DNA of 60,211 nt, filler included, from Dugesia japonica (taxonomy: Eukaryota), in the NCBI GenBank assembly GCA_001938525.1. It is 5 parts of 5 records of this genome, joined end to end, with 100 filler letters (N's around TTAATTAATTAA, not from the genome) between each part and the next. Parts side by side here need not be neighbours in the genome. Positions count along the whole stretch, not along the records: positions 27,040 to 39,975 come from MQRL01209270.1; positions 40,076 to 48,996 come from MQRL01386463.1; positions 49,097 to 60,211 come from MQRL01640647.1; 2 more parts are not named here. One strand, 5' to 3'. The position numbers and the translations under genes are program-made. Under the pieces are notes generated by a model. The model was not told where the DNA came from. It did no database searches and saw nothing but the letters and a program-made list of their open reading frames with translations. This document shows positions 39,610 through 52,906 of this stretch, in pieces (the first letter of the stretch is position 1; each line of letters opens with the position of its first letter).

Positions 39610-39975
39610 AATTCCGTCGATATTTGAATTTTTTACTCGTATGGATAAATTCCTTTTTCTTAATTAATTCAAATAAAGCGTCGGGAGAAACTAATTCAAG
39701 AATTGCAGATTCTATATTTAATCCCCCGCCGACATTATTAGATATTCCTGTATTTATAGGATTACCAATAATATCATTTATTGTATTGCCTAAAAATAAT
39801 CTTATTATGTCTGGAGTTAATCTAACTGATTCTTCTTTACAGAAACTATGTAATATTTTACTTTCTTCTTTTGTTAATGATTTTGATATTCACTCTATTG
39901 AGTTTTGTAATAATTGGTAACTATCTAAAAATCTTACTTTCCCATATGATAGACATATAATTCTCTTCTGTTTTA
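39610..39975 (-). pseudogene. polB: Fragment of a second protein-primed PolB
   Basis: Manual translation: KTEENYMS / YGKVRFLDSYQLLQNS ... LFELIK / KGIYPYE. Confidence 0.75.
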
Positions 39976-40288
39976 NNNNNNNNNNNNNNNNNNNNNNNNN
40001 NNNNNNNNNNNNNNNNNNNTTAATTAATTAANNNNNNNNNNNNNNNNNNNNNNNNNNNNNNNNNNNNNNNNNNNNATGGTGTTAATAAACCAATAGTAAG
40101 AATAGGGTTATATCAGAAACCAAGTATAAGTACCGTTACAATTTCCATGAAAAATCATCATAAAACAAATTCACTATTCATTTTGTAAATTATTAGTAAA
40201 TATTACAGTGTTTTATTAAAAATATTTTTTACAGATTTGGATTATTATAAAATAGAAAATTGATGAGATATGGATGTATCCAGTGATA

Positions 40289-40848
40289 CAGTGGATGGCA
40301 ACCTTTTTTCGCTCAAGACACACTTCACTGAAAAAATATTTTCGCGAAATTATTATATTATAATTTCCAAAACTATTTATTTTCATTAGTTAAATTTATT
40401 TATCTAACTTTTACAATCTGTTCTAATTCACTAAAAACATTTATGACTAATATAACACTTGTACTTGTTTTTTTTTTTGAGCAGATGAGTTCAAAACGCA
40501 GTTCCATGTAAGTCAAGCAAACTCTCATCTCCTGGTCGATCATTTGCAATCTTTCACGTTTTTTAGATTTAATTTCCATTTACCAGCTGATCAAAATTAA
40601 TAAAGAAATTCTTAAATTTTCACTGTTTTTTAAATATGATCACATGTTTCAACGAGGTTTCAACGAAGAAAATAAGATTTTGATTTGAAAGACATTTTCA
40701 AAGAAAAATTTGCTTCAAATTATTTTTAACCGTTTTAATTTTTATTTTTTTAAAAAAACATTATATTATACTCTAAAAAATAAATAATTTCAAAACCTTT
40801 TCACGACACATTTAAAACTTTCCGTGTCACACCAGTTACCAACCACTG
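40289..40848. mobile_element. Non-autonomous hAT (Charlie/Buster-like) element, 560 bp
   Basis: TIRs CAGTGGATGGCAAC and GTTACCAACCACTG (12/14 match). Perfect 8-bp TSD CAGTGATA at 40281-40288 and 40849-40856. Minus-strand remnant EIKSKKRERLQMIDQEMRVCLT resembles a hAT C-terminus. Confidence 0.9.
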
Positions 40849-42579
40849 CAGTGATAGGTAAATAAAATGTGGATAACATAAATGTGTGTATAATAAGCTG
40901 AATGTGTTTAATAAACTGGAAAAGATGTCCGCTTGTGTGCTTCATGCTCGACTGAAAAGAACTTTAGTGTGCTCAGCAAAAATTGACAAATCTATATAAC
41001 AATGCCCAGTGCTTTGTTCCGGTTGATTACCCTCGTTCATATTAGTTTAATTGTTTTTATTGCTTAAATTACTTCACCGTAACAGTAGATGAATAGATAC
41101 ACACGAGAATAGTTGCAATTTGTTTTCAATTTCTATGCAATTTCATAAAATATTTAGCGACTTCTTTGCAATTTTTTGTTTATTTTCTTACATCTATGCA
41201 ATTTAATAAAATATTTAGTAAAGTCTATACAATTTCTAAAAGTTTTGTGATTATTCTATGTGAAATAAATTTCAACTGTCCTCGTGTGTACCTATTCATC
41301 TAATCGTAACGATCATGTAATCAACAATTGATAATATATATTTTTACAATTAAAAGATTCTTCTAAATTATTTTTAACGATTATTTATAGTTATATTGTT
41401 TTCTTTAATTTGTAATTGCTAGTTATGATTTTTGGTAATAATATTCTCTGAATATTATGTACTAAACTGATAAAGATTAATGGTATTAATTTATGATGAT
41501 AACAATTAAGTTTATCTATCTCAATTTCTTGCAAGAACATGACAAATATAGAGGATTTCCATCGATTATCTATTGTACGTGTTAGGAGTTTAAAATTAAA
41601 CTCATATTTGTAATTTTAAAAATCATCATTTTTAAATAGTTTTAATAAATTTAATATTGATTATTATAGCTAGTAAATTTGTCAATATTAAAACGATTTA
41701 GTCTTGAAGAACTTTGTTTAAATATTCTTAATTAGAATATTAATATTATATTGTTAAATAAATTTTGAAATTATTGAAATTATTTTATGGATATGGAAAC
41801 TGAACCCAATTACTTAGCGATAGCTAACAGTACTCATTCTCAAGATATAATACCGATATTGGTATGGATAATGATAATTGCAATAAGAATAAGAATATTT
41901 AAACAACAACAGAGACTACTAATAAATAAATATTGCAAGAATAATTACCTTGACTACAAAGCTCAAGAGGTTACAAATTAATGATAATAAAAGCTTAATG
42001 ATACACGATATAAATTCTATGGAATTCCTCATCGTAGACAACTCCAAAGATAACACCTCTAATTAGAAAGATAAAAATTATTTAACAGTCAATGAAATGG
42101 ATGTTAGAAATGTCGATGGGCCTTATGAATTACGTTCTGATCCTGAAAAGTGAGGTCTATGAAGAATTCTTCAAAGTTAAAAAAGTATTAACAAAGATGG
42201 CGTTATTGCAGATAATTGACAAAGAATTCATTGAAATAATAAATGAAATATAATGAACCAGAACAAGTATCTAAGATATATTTATTTACTTATTTTAGTT
42301 TACATTTGGAAGGATCAGTCTCAAATGCACAAGCTGAATTGGGACGCCAATGCAACACAGTTAACAGCGCGTACCAAGCAATGAATAAAAAAAGCTCAAG
42401 ACCTAAATAATAATGAGTAATTTATTTAGATTCAGGTCATCACTTTGCTAATTGAAGTGTATAAATGGAGCTGGTATGGCCCGATCCAAAACTTTGTAAC
42501 CTTCTGTTTATGTATTTTATTGAAGATTCCTATATCGACTCTTTGTTATTGTTTTTTGTTTATTTTATGAAAATCATCA

Positions 42580-42762
42580 TTGTTAGGTAAATCTTCAATT
42601 GTTAATTCCTTTTGCAAATCACAATTAATATTTTGAGACATCATATATTTTACTTCTACAAACTATAATTCATAAAATAACTAATATTAAATACAAGAAT
42701 TTCAATATTATTATTTAGATAACTCAATTTCAATTAGGTGAAATTAATAATTATCTCCTCAT
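42580..42762 (-). repeat. Dispersed leader plus ORF-start repeat (other copies at about 44670-44860 and 54690-54755)
   Basis: Shared AT-rich leader, followed by MSQNINCDLQKELTIEDLPN here and MSQNITSDLQNELRIEDLPN in the 44670 copy. Confidence 0.75.
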
Positions 42763-42769
42763 TTACCCC

Positions 42770-44665
42770 AGCTTTAAAAACTTCCTACGTTTTTCACATT
42801 TCTATCTAATCGCTGTCCATTTTATCCTTGTACACCATACCATCTTTCATGAATTTTCTCAATTATTCGATAAGACCCTTCAAATCTCTCTTGCCTTTAT
42901 TTTTTGTTTCTATCTTGATGAGTAAAACATCGCCCACTTTGAATTCTCTTTTAGTATACACATCTGGAATGTTAGTAAGTTAGTTAGAATGAATTAATAA
43001 TCACATCTTTAGTTTTTATCTGAAACGTCTGACTCGTACCACTTTTCTCTGCTAATTTTCTTTCCAAAAACGACCTTTGCCGTGCTCTTTTCAGTCGTCT
43101 TCTGTTTTGTTGCGTTAAGTGTAAATTCTATTTAGGGTAAAAGATCTGCCCAATCTGTTGGCTCTCTTTCCTGAAGTGTTGCATTAATCAAATCTCGAAT
43201 TTTCCAGTACTGTCTCTCAATTTGTCCATTTGCATTATGATGATATGGCAATGCAAACTCTCTCATAACTGGATTCAAAAGCTTTTCCACAATCTAATCT
43301 TATCTTTCTTGGACATCCAAATCTCAGTATCCACTTTTCAAAAANAGCTTTTCGTATTGTTTCCTCATTGTCTTGTCTAGACAATGGTATAAAAACCAGA
43401 TATTTACTGTATTGGTCGATTATTCCAAGAATGTAATTTTTTCGTCCACTTGTTTCCCGCATTGGCCCACATATATCTTTGAATATAAACTCTTTATCTT
43501 CTCTTTAGTTGCTGTCGTCACTACTTTGATCTTCTGACAAATTTCACAACTACGAACTATCTTCTGTATTTGNCTCAACAAATTATTTGCAATATATTTG
43601 TTTCTTATATATTCGTACACCTTTTTAACTATTGCATGGCATTGTACACATACCTTACATCTTGGTCTAGATAACATATCTGCATTACCATGTTGAATTC
43701 CTTTTCTAAATTTTAAAACCTTATCTAAATTGCTCAGATAATTAATCCATGTTTGGAATTACGACGTAATTGGTTTCTTCGTCGTTATTATGAAGGTTAT
43801 AGCTTTTTGATCTGTTCTAAGAGTAAATCTTCTAACGTACAACTAATGTTTGAAATGCATACAGAAATAATACACAGCCAATAACTCTTTTTTTGTAATG
43901 CAGTATCCCTTTTCATGACTTGTCATTGAGTGTGGTCCATAGGCAACAACTCTTTCTTTTCCTTTCTCTGTGACAATTCTGCTCCAATTACATCGAAACT
44001 GGCATCTGTATCTAATATAAATTCTTTGTTTATGTCCGGAAAACACAATATTAGTGCAGTCATTATACCCTCGAAAGTATTGTTTATTTCATCTGTTCAT
44101 TCTAATTTCTTGTTGCTTGGTCCGCTACACAACTGCTCGAATATCTTTGATTTTCTTGCGTAGTTTTCTATAAATTTCCTGTAAAAATTACAAATTCCCA
44201 AGAAACTTTAAAATTTCTTCACACAGTTAGGTTTGCTAAATGTTCTTATAGTTTCTATTTTAGATGAATCAGTTCTAACACTATCTCTACTAATTATGTG
44301 TCCAAGAAACTTGATTTCACTTTGAAGGAACTCACACCTCTCTGGAATAATTCTTAGACCAGATTTCATTATTTCCATCAATACTTTTTCAATTACTTCA
44401 TAGTGTTGGTCTTTATTGTTCGTAAATATCAGTATGTCATCAAGATAAACCATGGCTCCATTGATTCTGCCCACCACTTTTGTCATCATCTCTTGAAATG
44501 TCCCTGGTGCCGCTGCGATGGCAAATGGAATTCTATTAAAACAATGTCCGTGTTTCGTTGAAAACGCCGTTTTTTCTTGAGATTCTTCTTCCAGGTCTAC
44601 TTGATAGTATGCATTTCCCAAATCTATTGAACCAAAATATTTTGTTCCATTCCACCGCTGCCCCC
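42770..44665 (-). pseudogene. pol: Gypsy pol remnant (RT-RH-IN)
   Basis: FGSIDLGNAYYQ, KTAF, APGTFQ, MVYLDDILIF, FLGHII, YCITKKELLAV, SCEICQ, GIIDQYSKY and RLDCGKAF. Confidence 0.93.
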
Positions 44666-47600
44666 ATATTAGGTAAATCTTCAATTCGTAATTCGTTTTG
44701 TAAATCACTAGTAATATTTTGAGACATCATTTATTTTACTACTACAAAATATGTTTCATAATATAAATAATATCGGAATACAAGCATTTCAATATTAATA
44801 TTTATATAACTCAATTTCTATTGGGTGAAATTATTAATTAATAATTCTTTCCTCATAATCTACTGATGATACTTTTTAATGTAAATATAATGATGATTTA
44901 TTAACAATTCTATACACTCAAACCTGTTTTTGTGCGATTTGTTTTGTGCGGTATATGAATATATGAAATTTCCATCTCCCTCACAAAAATAATTGCACAA
45001 AAACAGGTTTGAGTGTATTGCAATTTAGTTATTATTTCTGGTTGATATGAACCAGTACAGGTAGTGATTAAAAGTCTTATTTAATCAATTAACGTATGTG
45101 ATGCAATGTACTCTTCTTGTAAAAATAGATTAAAATTCTGGCCTTGTGCATTTTTAATGTATTTCTTTCTACAATATTGTGCAAATTGACATTAATACTT
45201 ATGATATCTGGGCCCCATTGGTATGAGTTGTAATCTTTCTTGATGATAATTCAGTCTGCTTGGATTAATAATAATGTTTATATGTAAATCCATTTTGACT
45301 TCACTTGAATCTGAAAAAATAACGATTCGAAATTGCAAGTGTCTACAACGCTATACATCCATGTTGTTTGTAGAACCCGGTCATATTTAACCGAGCCAAT
45401 CAAGAAATGCACATTTCATTGTAAGTGTTTGCAGCACAATATACTAATAACAGCTAATTTTACTAACCACTAACACAAAGAAAAATTGTTGTTCACTTGT
45501 TGAATATTAATCATTTCTAACTGTTCACATTGGTATGTATATTGAGTACCGATAATAGGAAAATTCTCGTGATTATCTGTGAAAAAGTTTTATCAAGGTA
45601 CTTAATATGATAAACTTTCTTATAGGTTTCACAGTTGAATAGCCTAATTGTTAGACGGTGACAAAAATAGAGACATTTTAATGGTGTCGTTTCATAGTTT
45701 TTATTATTCTTTCATAGATATTTGTTTCTGCTAGCAAATAATATACACAAAAATTACAGAAACTTCGACGTATTCTTGTGACTTTTGACAATTATTTCNN
45801 NNNNNNNNNNNNNNNNNNNNNNNNNNNNNNNNNNNNNNNNNNNNNNNNNNNNNNNNNNNNNNNNNNNNNNNNNNNNNNNNNNNNNNNNNNNNNNNNNNNN
45901 NNNNNNNNNNNNNNNNNNNNAAATACTAAACTGATTTTGTCAGCCTTACGATTATTCACTACGATTAAATTTCTTATCGTTCGATCTAATTTTACTAATA
46001 AACTATTAACATCTTAATTTTCTTCTGCATTCACAAGAATTATTCTTTCTTTTACAAACGTAATTTTATCCGTTCAAATAGTTATTTATTCGTCTGGAAT
46101 GGTTAAATTTCTTACATGCTAATCTTTGACTAGTCTCAACTGGAAAATATTTGAGATTCTTTGTTAATTACCACTGAAAACGAGATCTTTTCAATTTGAT
46201 TTTATTGACTGAAAATTCGATATTTTACCTCTTGAATATTTATGAAACAAGCTAACCATATATACACAATAAATTCGTCTACATTTTCTTTGTATTCTGT
46301 TTTGGTGAATTATTATTTTTCATTTTATATTTTAATACATTTATAATATGAAATTTATATTTTAAAATTAACGTGCAAATGGTAACGAGAAATCGAAAAT
46401 ATAAATATCAATTTCAATGTCAATATTACTTTAAATTACATAAATTGTTTTATCATTAAGATTCGCTGGTAAATTTGTAATTACAAACAAATAACGGTGA
46501 TCATTTACTGTTTGAATAAGTTCAGAAAAATAAGAAAAATTGTAAAATTTCAATTTTATTAAAGTTGCTAAATTTTGTTGTAGTAAAGTTTGAGAACCTT
46601 GGTTTAAACAAATAGTCACAATTAGAATTTCGCATGTAGAAATTTTTCAGTGACTTCGCTTACTTCACAGACGGTAAGTATCATTGGAATAATGCAAGAT
46701 AACGAATATAATAATAACATGTGCATATTTTCAGAATTTCCTAATTGGCCCAAAATCCACCATTCAGATTATAGATTACGTCATACACAATTATTAAAAG
46801 AAAAATATAATATTTTGGTTAAAATATTTATTTTTGATAGTATGGATATTTTCGATCTGCAACAAAGTATGTCTCATACCTGCAGACATTTTCAATCCAA
46901 TCCGTATTAATCACACATTTCTTTCAATGAAAACAAATCTTGAAAATTATATATTATCTAAATGTTCGGTAGAACACTTGAAAAATTATAACGGATAGGA
47001 AACAAAAAGAAGATAGTGACACATGAGTAGGAAGTTGTATAAAAAAAGGTTAAAACAATCCAAATAGAATCAAACAAGGGCGAATGTAAAATCAAGGTTG
47101 AAGTATCATAACAGTAATACGAGACTAACAAAATAACAAGCATAAAGTTTCAGAATAAAGTACTCTTGAAGGAAGCAAAGAAGAAATGAAACGAGGATGG
47201 ATCAAAGTGCAAAAGGACAGTACGAAATTCTTATGAATTGACAATAATTAACGACGAAAAGAAATAAAATAAATTAATGGAGATTAAAAACTGGAAAATT
47301 ATTCAATTCCAAATTATTTGGGTAAAGATGAAATAATTTCAAACAATTAGTAAATTCAATAGAATATCAACAATTTATATAAATTTGTGCTTCCTTCCAA
47401 CAGGAAACAACTAGAGATTGAAATCACGTTATTCGATCGATAATCGAGAAATGTTTCGATAAATCATCCTATTTAAACTTATTAGAAATTACCATAAACT
47501 CTGGATCGCTATGAATATTATTCTTGTCGCGCGAAAACACACACACACACGATTTTACATATCGTGAGGGAAAGAGATAACTTGTTACGGCTAATATTAT

Positions 47601-47905
47601 GTAATTATTTGTTATCAAGTGTTATTTGTTTATAAATTTTCGCCAGATTTTCATGCTCAACAAGGACACTCCGGATCAATAAATTCCCAATAAAAAAACG
47701 GGCAGCGTGACTCACTATAAAAAAAGATAAATAAATAAAATTTTAGTCGAACCTTGTGCAAATCATCGTTATGAATTGCACACAAATTTTTGTTAAACTT
47801 GTGAACTGAACTGAACCAAACGAAACCAACGCAAAGTGAAACATCAACAAATCATCCAATCAAATTTAACAAAGCAAATAGACTGTATATTTATTTTATC
47901 CAGTT

Positions 47906-47908
<3 letters not shown>

Positions 47909-47950
<42 letters not shown>
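47909..47950. repeat. (ATC)n microsatellite
   Basis: Uninterrupted atcatc run. Confidence 0.95.
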
Positions 47951-48739
47951 TCACTCGGTAAAACTCAGAACAACGCGACAAGACCTGCGCCCCTCCCCCC
48001 AGACTGGATGGAACACAACTAGAACTATTTACACGGAAACAAAACAAATCCACTGCTCAACTGTTGATTTCTGCTCTGCTCTGCTCTGATGCTGCTGCTG
48101 CTGCTGCTGGTGTAATTGAGGTTGGCTCTGAAAGACACTGTGTAACACACTCTGAAGTCAAAAGCGCATTCTCTATGATTCGCTGTCAGATTCGCTATCC
48201 GACGAGTCGGACTTGGATGACGACGAGTCTGATGAATTACTGCTGGAATCTGTGAGTTGGCCTTCCTCGAGTCCGTCAGGTGCTGAAATATCAATATTGG
48301 ATTAGACTGAGTACAATTTAATTAATTAATGCAGCACAACACAACAATCAACAATTTGCAGCATTATCATTCCACTCTCAGTGTTCTCCTCTCTATCATG
48401 AAACATTAACATTGATTCGAGTTTGGAACAAATAATCAGTTAAACAAACAAAATTTTAAACAAATTAAATATTATCTATATAAAAAGGGACAAGTAATAA
48501 TCGATAAATGCATTCAATATTTCCTCAATGCATTATTTGATAAACAAAGGAAGATATTATATTATTTCTTAGGAAACAATCAATCCATGTTCAAATTTCT
48601 CTGGGATACGGACAAGATTTTAGATTAATACAATTAGATTAATAATAATTACTTATAATCAATAATATATATATATATATATCTTTATATACTATTATTA
48701 TTATGTAATACACGGGGAAATAATATCAGTAATAAATAT

Positions 48740-48996
48740 AGTTATAGCCAATAATGACAATCAATCATTAATAATAATAATCAATAATGATGATCAATAA
48801 TACTAAAATAATAATCAATAATATTATTAATAATAACCAATAAACAATAATCAAAATTAATAATCAATAAACCATTATTTATAATAATAATAATCAATAA
48901 TAATATTAATAATCAATAATAGTAATAATAATCAATAATATTAATAATCAATAATAGTATTAATATTCAATAATATTAATAATCAATAATATTAAT
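48740..48996. repeat. AATAATC low-complexity repeat
   Basis: aataatcaataat units running into the gap. Confidence 0.8.
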
Positions 48997-50375
48997 NNNN
49001 NNNNNNNNNNNNNNNNNNNNNNNNNNNNNNNNNNNNNNNNTTAATTAATTAANNNNNNNNNNNNNNNNNNNNNNNNNNNNNNNNNNNNNNNNNNNNATTG
49101 ATACGAATTTTCATTTATGGGATCAAACTGCCATTAAGGGAAACGATTTTATCATAAATAAATAAATACATTTGTGTTCTTTAAATTGACTCGTGTTGAG
49201 TGATTCCGTACAGAGGGTACTCTTAATTGATTGCCTGTTCTTAGGTGTCTACTGAGGAATCTTTACTTTGACATACCCTCTCGTCTATCACTATTACTAA
49301 CATACAGTTTTAAATCATGAGGAAAGATCGCAATATTTTATTTCCATTGACCAAGTTAGGTTGGTAATTATGTATTAATATTGTTACTACTCGTGGCAAG
49401 TTCAATAAGTGCCTGATAGGTTTTGTTATTTCTTTTTGTTTTGGTTTTTAGATTTCGGGCTAATGACAGTTATACTCATTACTACCCATTGTATGTTCAA
49501 TAGTAGTTAATCTTTTTGGTAGGTAGATGAAATAGTAGACGAATTGAGGGCCGCGTTAAAGCTAATACGAAAACAGCGTCAGATCTCACGACGGAGGCAA
49601 TTAGTTGCCTATTTTTATTCAATGGAAGACTAGAACATCCTGACGAAACAGATCTCGCCTGCTTTGCAGAGATGTTTCCATTACCCGTGGGGTAGCAGTC
49701 TTTTGAGCTTCCGAATCGATAAAATAATCACTGTTCATGATATATGGAAATAAACTATGTTTTATTAATTGTTTTAGTTTAATATTTAACTCTTTTATGA
49801 TGGTTCTCTTCATTGTCACATTAAGAATAGACTTTAAATGGGAAGTGATATGTGACAGATACTCGGGAAAGACATACTTTAAAAGGTATAGAAATCCTCA
49901 TGACCGCGCTGCGGGAGTGTGTTTTAATTATTCTAACCTTCCACCCGTAGAANCTGAAGATTTACGTCAGTGTCACGCGTATAAGCGGCGGGCTTATTAT
50001 GAGTGGAGAGGCCCTGACCGAAATAGTGAGGTGTATCATAAGCGTATATATACTACAGCTGATGGTTGCAACCCCAGTGAACTGATAGAGGGGTCCGCTA
50101 TGATTAGTGTTCCCCCTGAAGCGGCTCCTGCTTTCTCCAGTTTAACTGTTAATCTGCAAGGCGACCTATTAATTAATATAATACTTATAACAATTGGTTA
50201 TTTCAATTCGTCTCACTAATTCGGTTTCAAATAAATAAAATGGGTTACCTTTAGGCATTGAGTAAACTTTCAGGAAAAGATAATTTTTCTTTGTCGCTCA
50301 AAGGTTCCTTGTCCACTTGGTTTATTTTGAGTTATTTTATTTTGGTTATATTATGTTAAAGATAAGGTACTTTAG

Positions 50376-50717
50376 TGCATTCGTCATTAAACGGATCTTC
50401 GGACCCCAATAAACAGATGAGAGACTCCAGTGAGGATACTGAAATGTCCTAGGAGTTATATCGACTGGCAAAACGCCGTTTCAAAGGCGAGATAGCCACG
50501 GCGACCGCAAATGTGAAGCGTTATAGGAATGGAAGCTGTGCACGAACAAGAACGAGTATAAAAGACGCAGGTGGAATCATTCGCCAAAATTATCTGGTCG
50601 AACCATGACCGTGAAAATAAACTGGTCAACGATATTTTGCGCCNNNAAGAAAAATCCTATCTCGAACCCCTCATGATTGATAAGAGCACCCAAACTAAAT
50701 CCGTATCACGTGACTAA
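50376..50717 (+). pseudogene. Accessory exon A, copy 1: basic/coiled-coil protein ending in DKSTQT
   Basis: Starts after tttAG. Reads EMS*ELYRLAKRRFKGEIATATANVKRYR...HDRENKLVND...LEPLMIDKSTQTK. Homologous to 56559-56914. Confidence 0.7.
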
Positions 50718-50852
50718 GCATTTCTATACTTGTAAATACATGATTAATTAGTGTAATCGTTTCCTCAGTGTGAATAACCTTGATTTAATTAAAGAATTTT
50801 GTTGTGAATAATCATGTTATTTCTCTCCTTTCATTAATGCTTAATTATCTAG

Positions 50853-51235
50853 TGCCACGAATTACCTTGCCAAACAACTTACGACGGTGTCACCGGATAA
50901 TGCACCGCTTGCTCCTTGAAAGGCAACTAAAACGTAATACAGATCGGGCTCTATTAAAACACCTGACCCAGAGGGACCAGATGATAAAGAAACTAGATCT
51001 AATTATAAAAAAACAAGCTAATTTGGCTACGCAAACTAAAGCTTTGGAAGACGAAACGAAGCTATTATTATAACGGAAGATTGACTTTCTAAAGCAGTAT
51101 ATTGCGGATCTTTCCCGTCAGGTAGGTAATCCCACTTGGTTGCAATGGAATGACGATGATGATATAGCCGCCTTCAACTTCCTAACGACGGATCCGGCCC
51201 AGTGGCTAGACCCTGGTGCATTGGATCTCCTGTAG
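50853..51235 (+). pseudogene. Accessory exon B, copy 1: coiled-coil protein with acidic WLDPGAxDL tail
   Basis: PRITLPNNLRRCH...MIKKLDLIIKK...KIDFLKQYIADL...DDDDIAAFNF...WLDPGALDLL*, with AATAAA just downstream. Confidence 0.7.
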
Positions 51236-51309
51236 TTATCATGTAAAATAAAACTTTTCATTGTTCAAACATTTATGGTATTCACTAAATTCAAGATAAT
51301 AAGTGAAAT

Positions 51310-51485
51310 ATTTGGACCCGAATTAAAGGTTTAGGGGTGTGCACTTCTCATCAAGTAAGAGGTCAACCGCTCTGCACTGAAGGCCTAACTTAGGAGCGTT
51401 AGGTTAAATTCTTGAAAGGGTTCCCTGAGGGCTGTTTTTTCCCCAGCCACGTTTTTCTTCACCTAACTCAGGTGGAACCCCAACA
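51310..51485 (+). mobile_element. LTR-like 3' end
   Basis: aaattcttgaaagggttccctgagggctgt...ctcaggtggaaccccaaca, shared with 57519-57601. Confidence 0.75.
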
Positions 51486-51632
51486 TAAATTTGAAATCAA
51501 ACAATTCAAATATCATTCTCACACAAAATATTGGACTTTTATTTAACTTTTTATAAACTTCTTTATGTCAATTTTAAAAATTATCGGAATATGCATATAC
51601 GATCGGTAAAAATAATAAAAATTAAATAAAAA

Positions 51633-51826
51633 TGTTGGGGTTCCACCTGAGTTGGAAAATATTGTGACTGGGGAAAAACAGTCCTCAGGGGAACCCGTTC
51701 AAGANNNNNNNNNNNNNNNNNNNNNNNNNNNNNNNNNNNNNNNNNNNNNNNNNNTTACATGTTTATTTCTTTTTATTATGTCTTTCCTTGCTTTATTTTC
51801 TGCTTTAGGGGTGTTCCACCCCAACA
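51633..51826 (-). mobile_element. Solo-LTR-like element whose interior lies in an N gap
   Basis: Begins TGTTGGGG and ends CCCCAACA, flanked by AAAA on both sides (possible 4-bp TSD). 51633-51704 is an inverted copy of the end at 51410-51485. Confidence 0.65.
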
Positions 51827-52260
51827 AAAATATACATAGATGAAAATTTCCAATCAAGAAACATAATTATAAAATGAAAGTCTGCAATTAAAATATGATA
51901 TTCAAAATCTGAAAAAATAAAATGNNNNNNNNNNNNNNNNNATATTGATTTGATCTCGATCGTTTGATTGTTGAATATTGTTGGTCAGATTGAGCATTCG
52001 TATTGCTTGGATATTTGACTGCTTGTGAGTGTATTTTTTTTTTAAAAAAACTATTTTAAAATTTCTTTTCTACAAATTAACTTTACCATTGATCTGTATA
52101 TTAAACAAATATTTTGAAAAACAAATTTTCTTAAAATTTATTTTCAAATGCAAATATCAAAATGATGTTCTTCTATTTTCATAGACAATTCAATATTTTG
52201 GCTACGCCTTCTTCAGGAACTATTGCAATAAAATTTGTACTCACACCTCATATAAATTTT

Positions 52261-52906
52261 GGTTCTTTTCCGTTATCAGGCCNCAAATTTTTTCCATTGT
52301 TTTAAGAATTGTTAACTCAAAGAGTTTTTGGTTTTAATATTATTTTTGAAAAACGCATACTAACAATGAAAACCAAAATTAAATTGAAGACCAAAGCGCT
52401 GCAATATCTTTTAAAATCGCGATTATTCAAAAGAGTTTTCCACATGTATTCCGCCAAATATGAATCCATAAGAGTTTCACTTTGCTTCTTATTTGGAAAT
52501 TGGACGCTTCTCAACCTTCGTTCAACTGTTTGTGTTTGAGCACCAGTAGTAATTACACAACTCACGCATGTAATTGCTCCAATCCACTATCACATTATGA
52601 CTACCCATGTCTAATTTGAGTTCACAGAAATCCTCAGAAATGACATTTTATGAGCCAAACAGTAGATGAAATAAGCAGCAATTTACAAAGATAATTCCTA
52701 ACCAATTAGAAACCCAAAGAATTTTATAACTGCGACATGCGGTTTTATCACACCAACGAATTTTTATCCCAAATTGTAGCTTCATCTGATGATTATTCCT
52801 TCCTGTAAGATATGGTGGTATTTTTGTATGCTTAAAAGTGGTTAAAAAAGTAAATTTAATTAATTAAAAATGCTTAAAACTTTGCAGCCAGATAACGAAA
52901 AGTACC
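52261..52906 (-). mobile_element. Internally deleted Merlin (ISXO2/IS1016-like) DNA transposon
   Basis: TIRs GGTTCTTTTCCGTTATCAGG and (reverse complement) GGTACTTTTCGTTATCTGG. Remnants VIVDWSNYMRELC and TGAQTQTVER...DSYLAEYMWK are juxtaposed. Confidence 0.8.

Noticed and set aside
42630-44860. Direct repeats flanking pol interpreted as LTRs
   Set aside because: They lack TG...CA ends and a PPT, and they include an ORF start, so they are internal leader sequence.
48025-48294. ORFs over the (CTG)n and (CTGCT)n tract
   Set aside because: Microsatellite-driven frames with no recognisable domain.
13019-49052. Repeated TTAATTAATTAA palindrome as a biological motif
   Set aside because: It is always centred in N runs, so it is an assembly linker. 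Linkage across these points cannot be interpreted.
51410-51704. Inverted repeat read as a small MITE or hairpin RNA
   Set aside because: Better explained as the 3' ends of two separate LTR-like copies inserted tail-to-tail, because the same end occurs unpaired at 57601.
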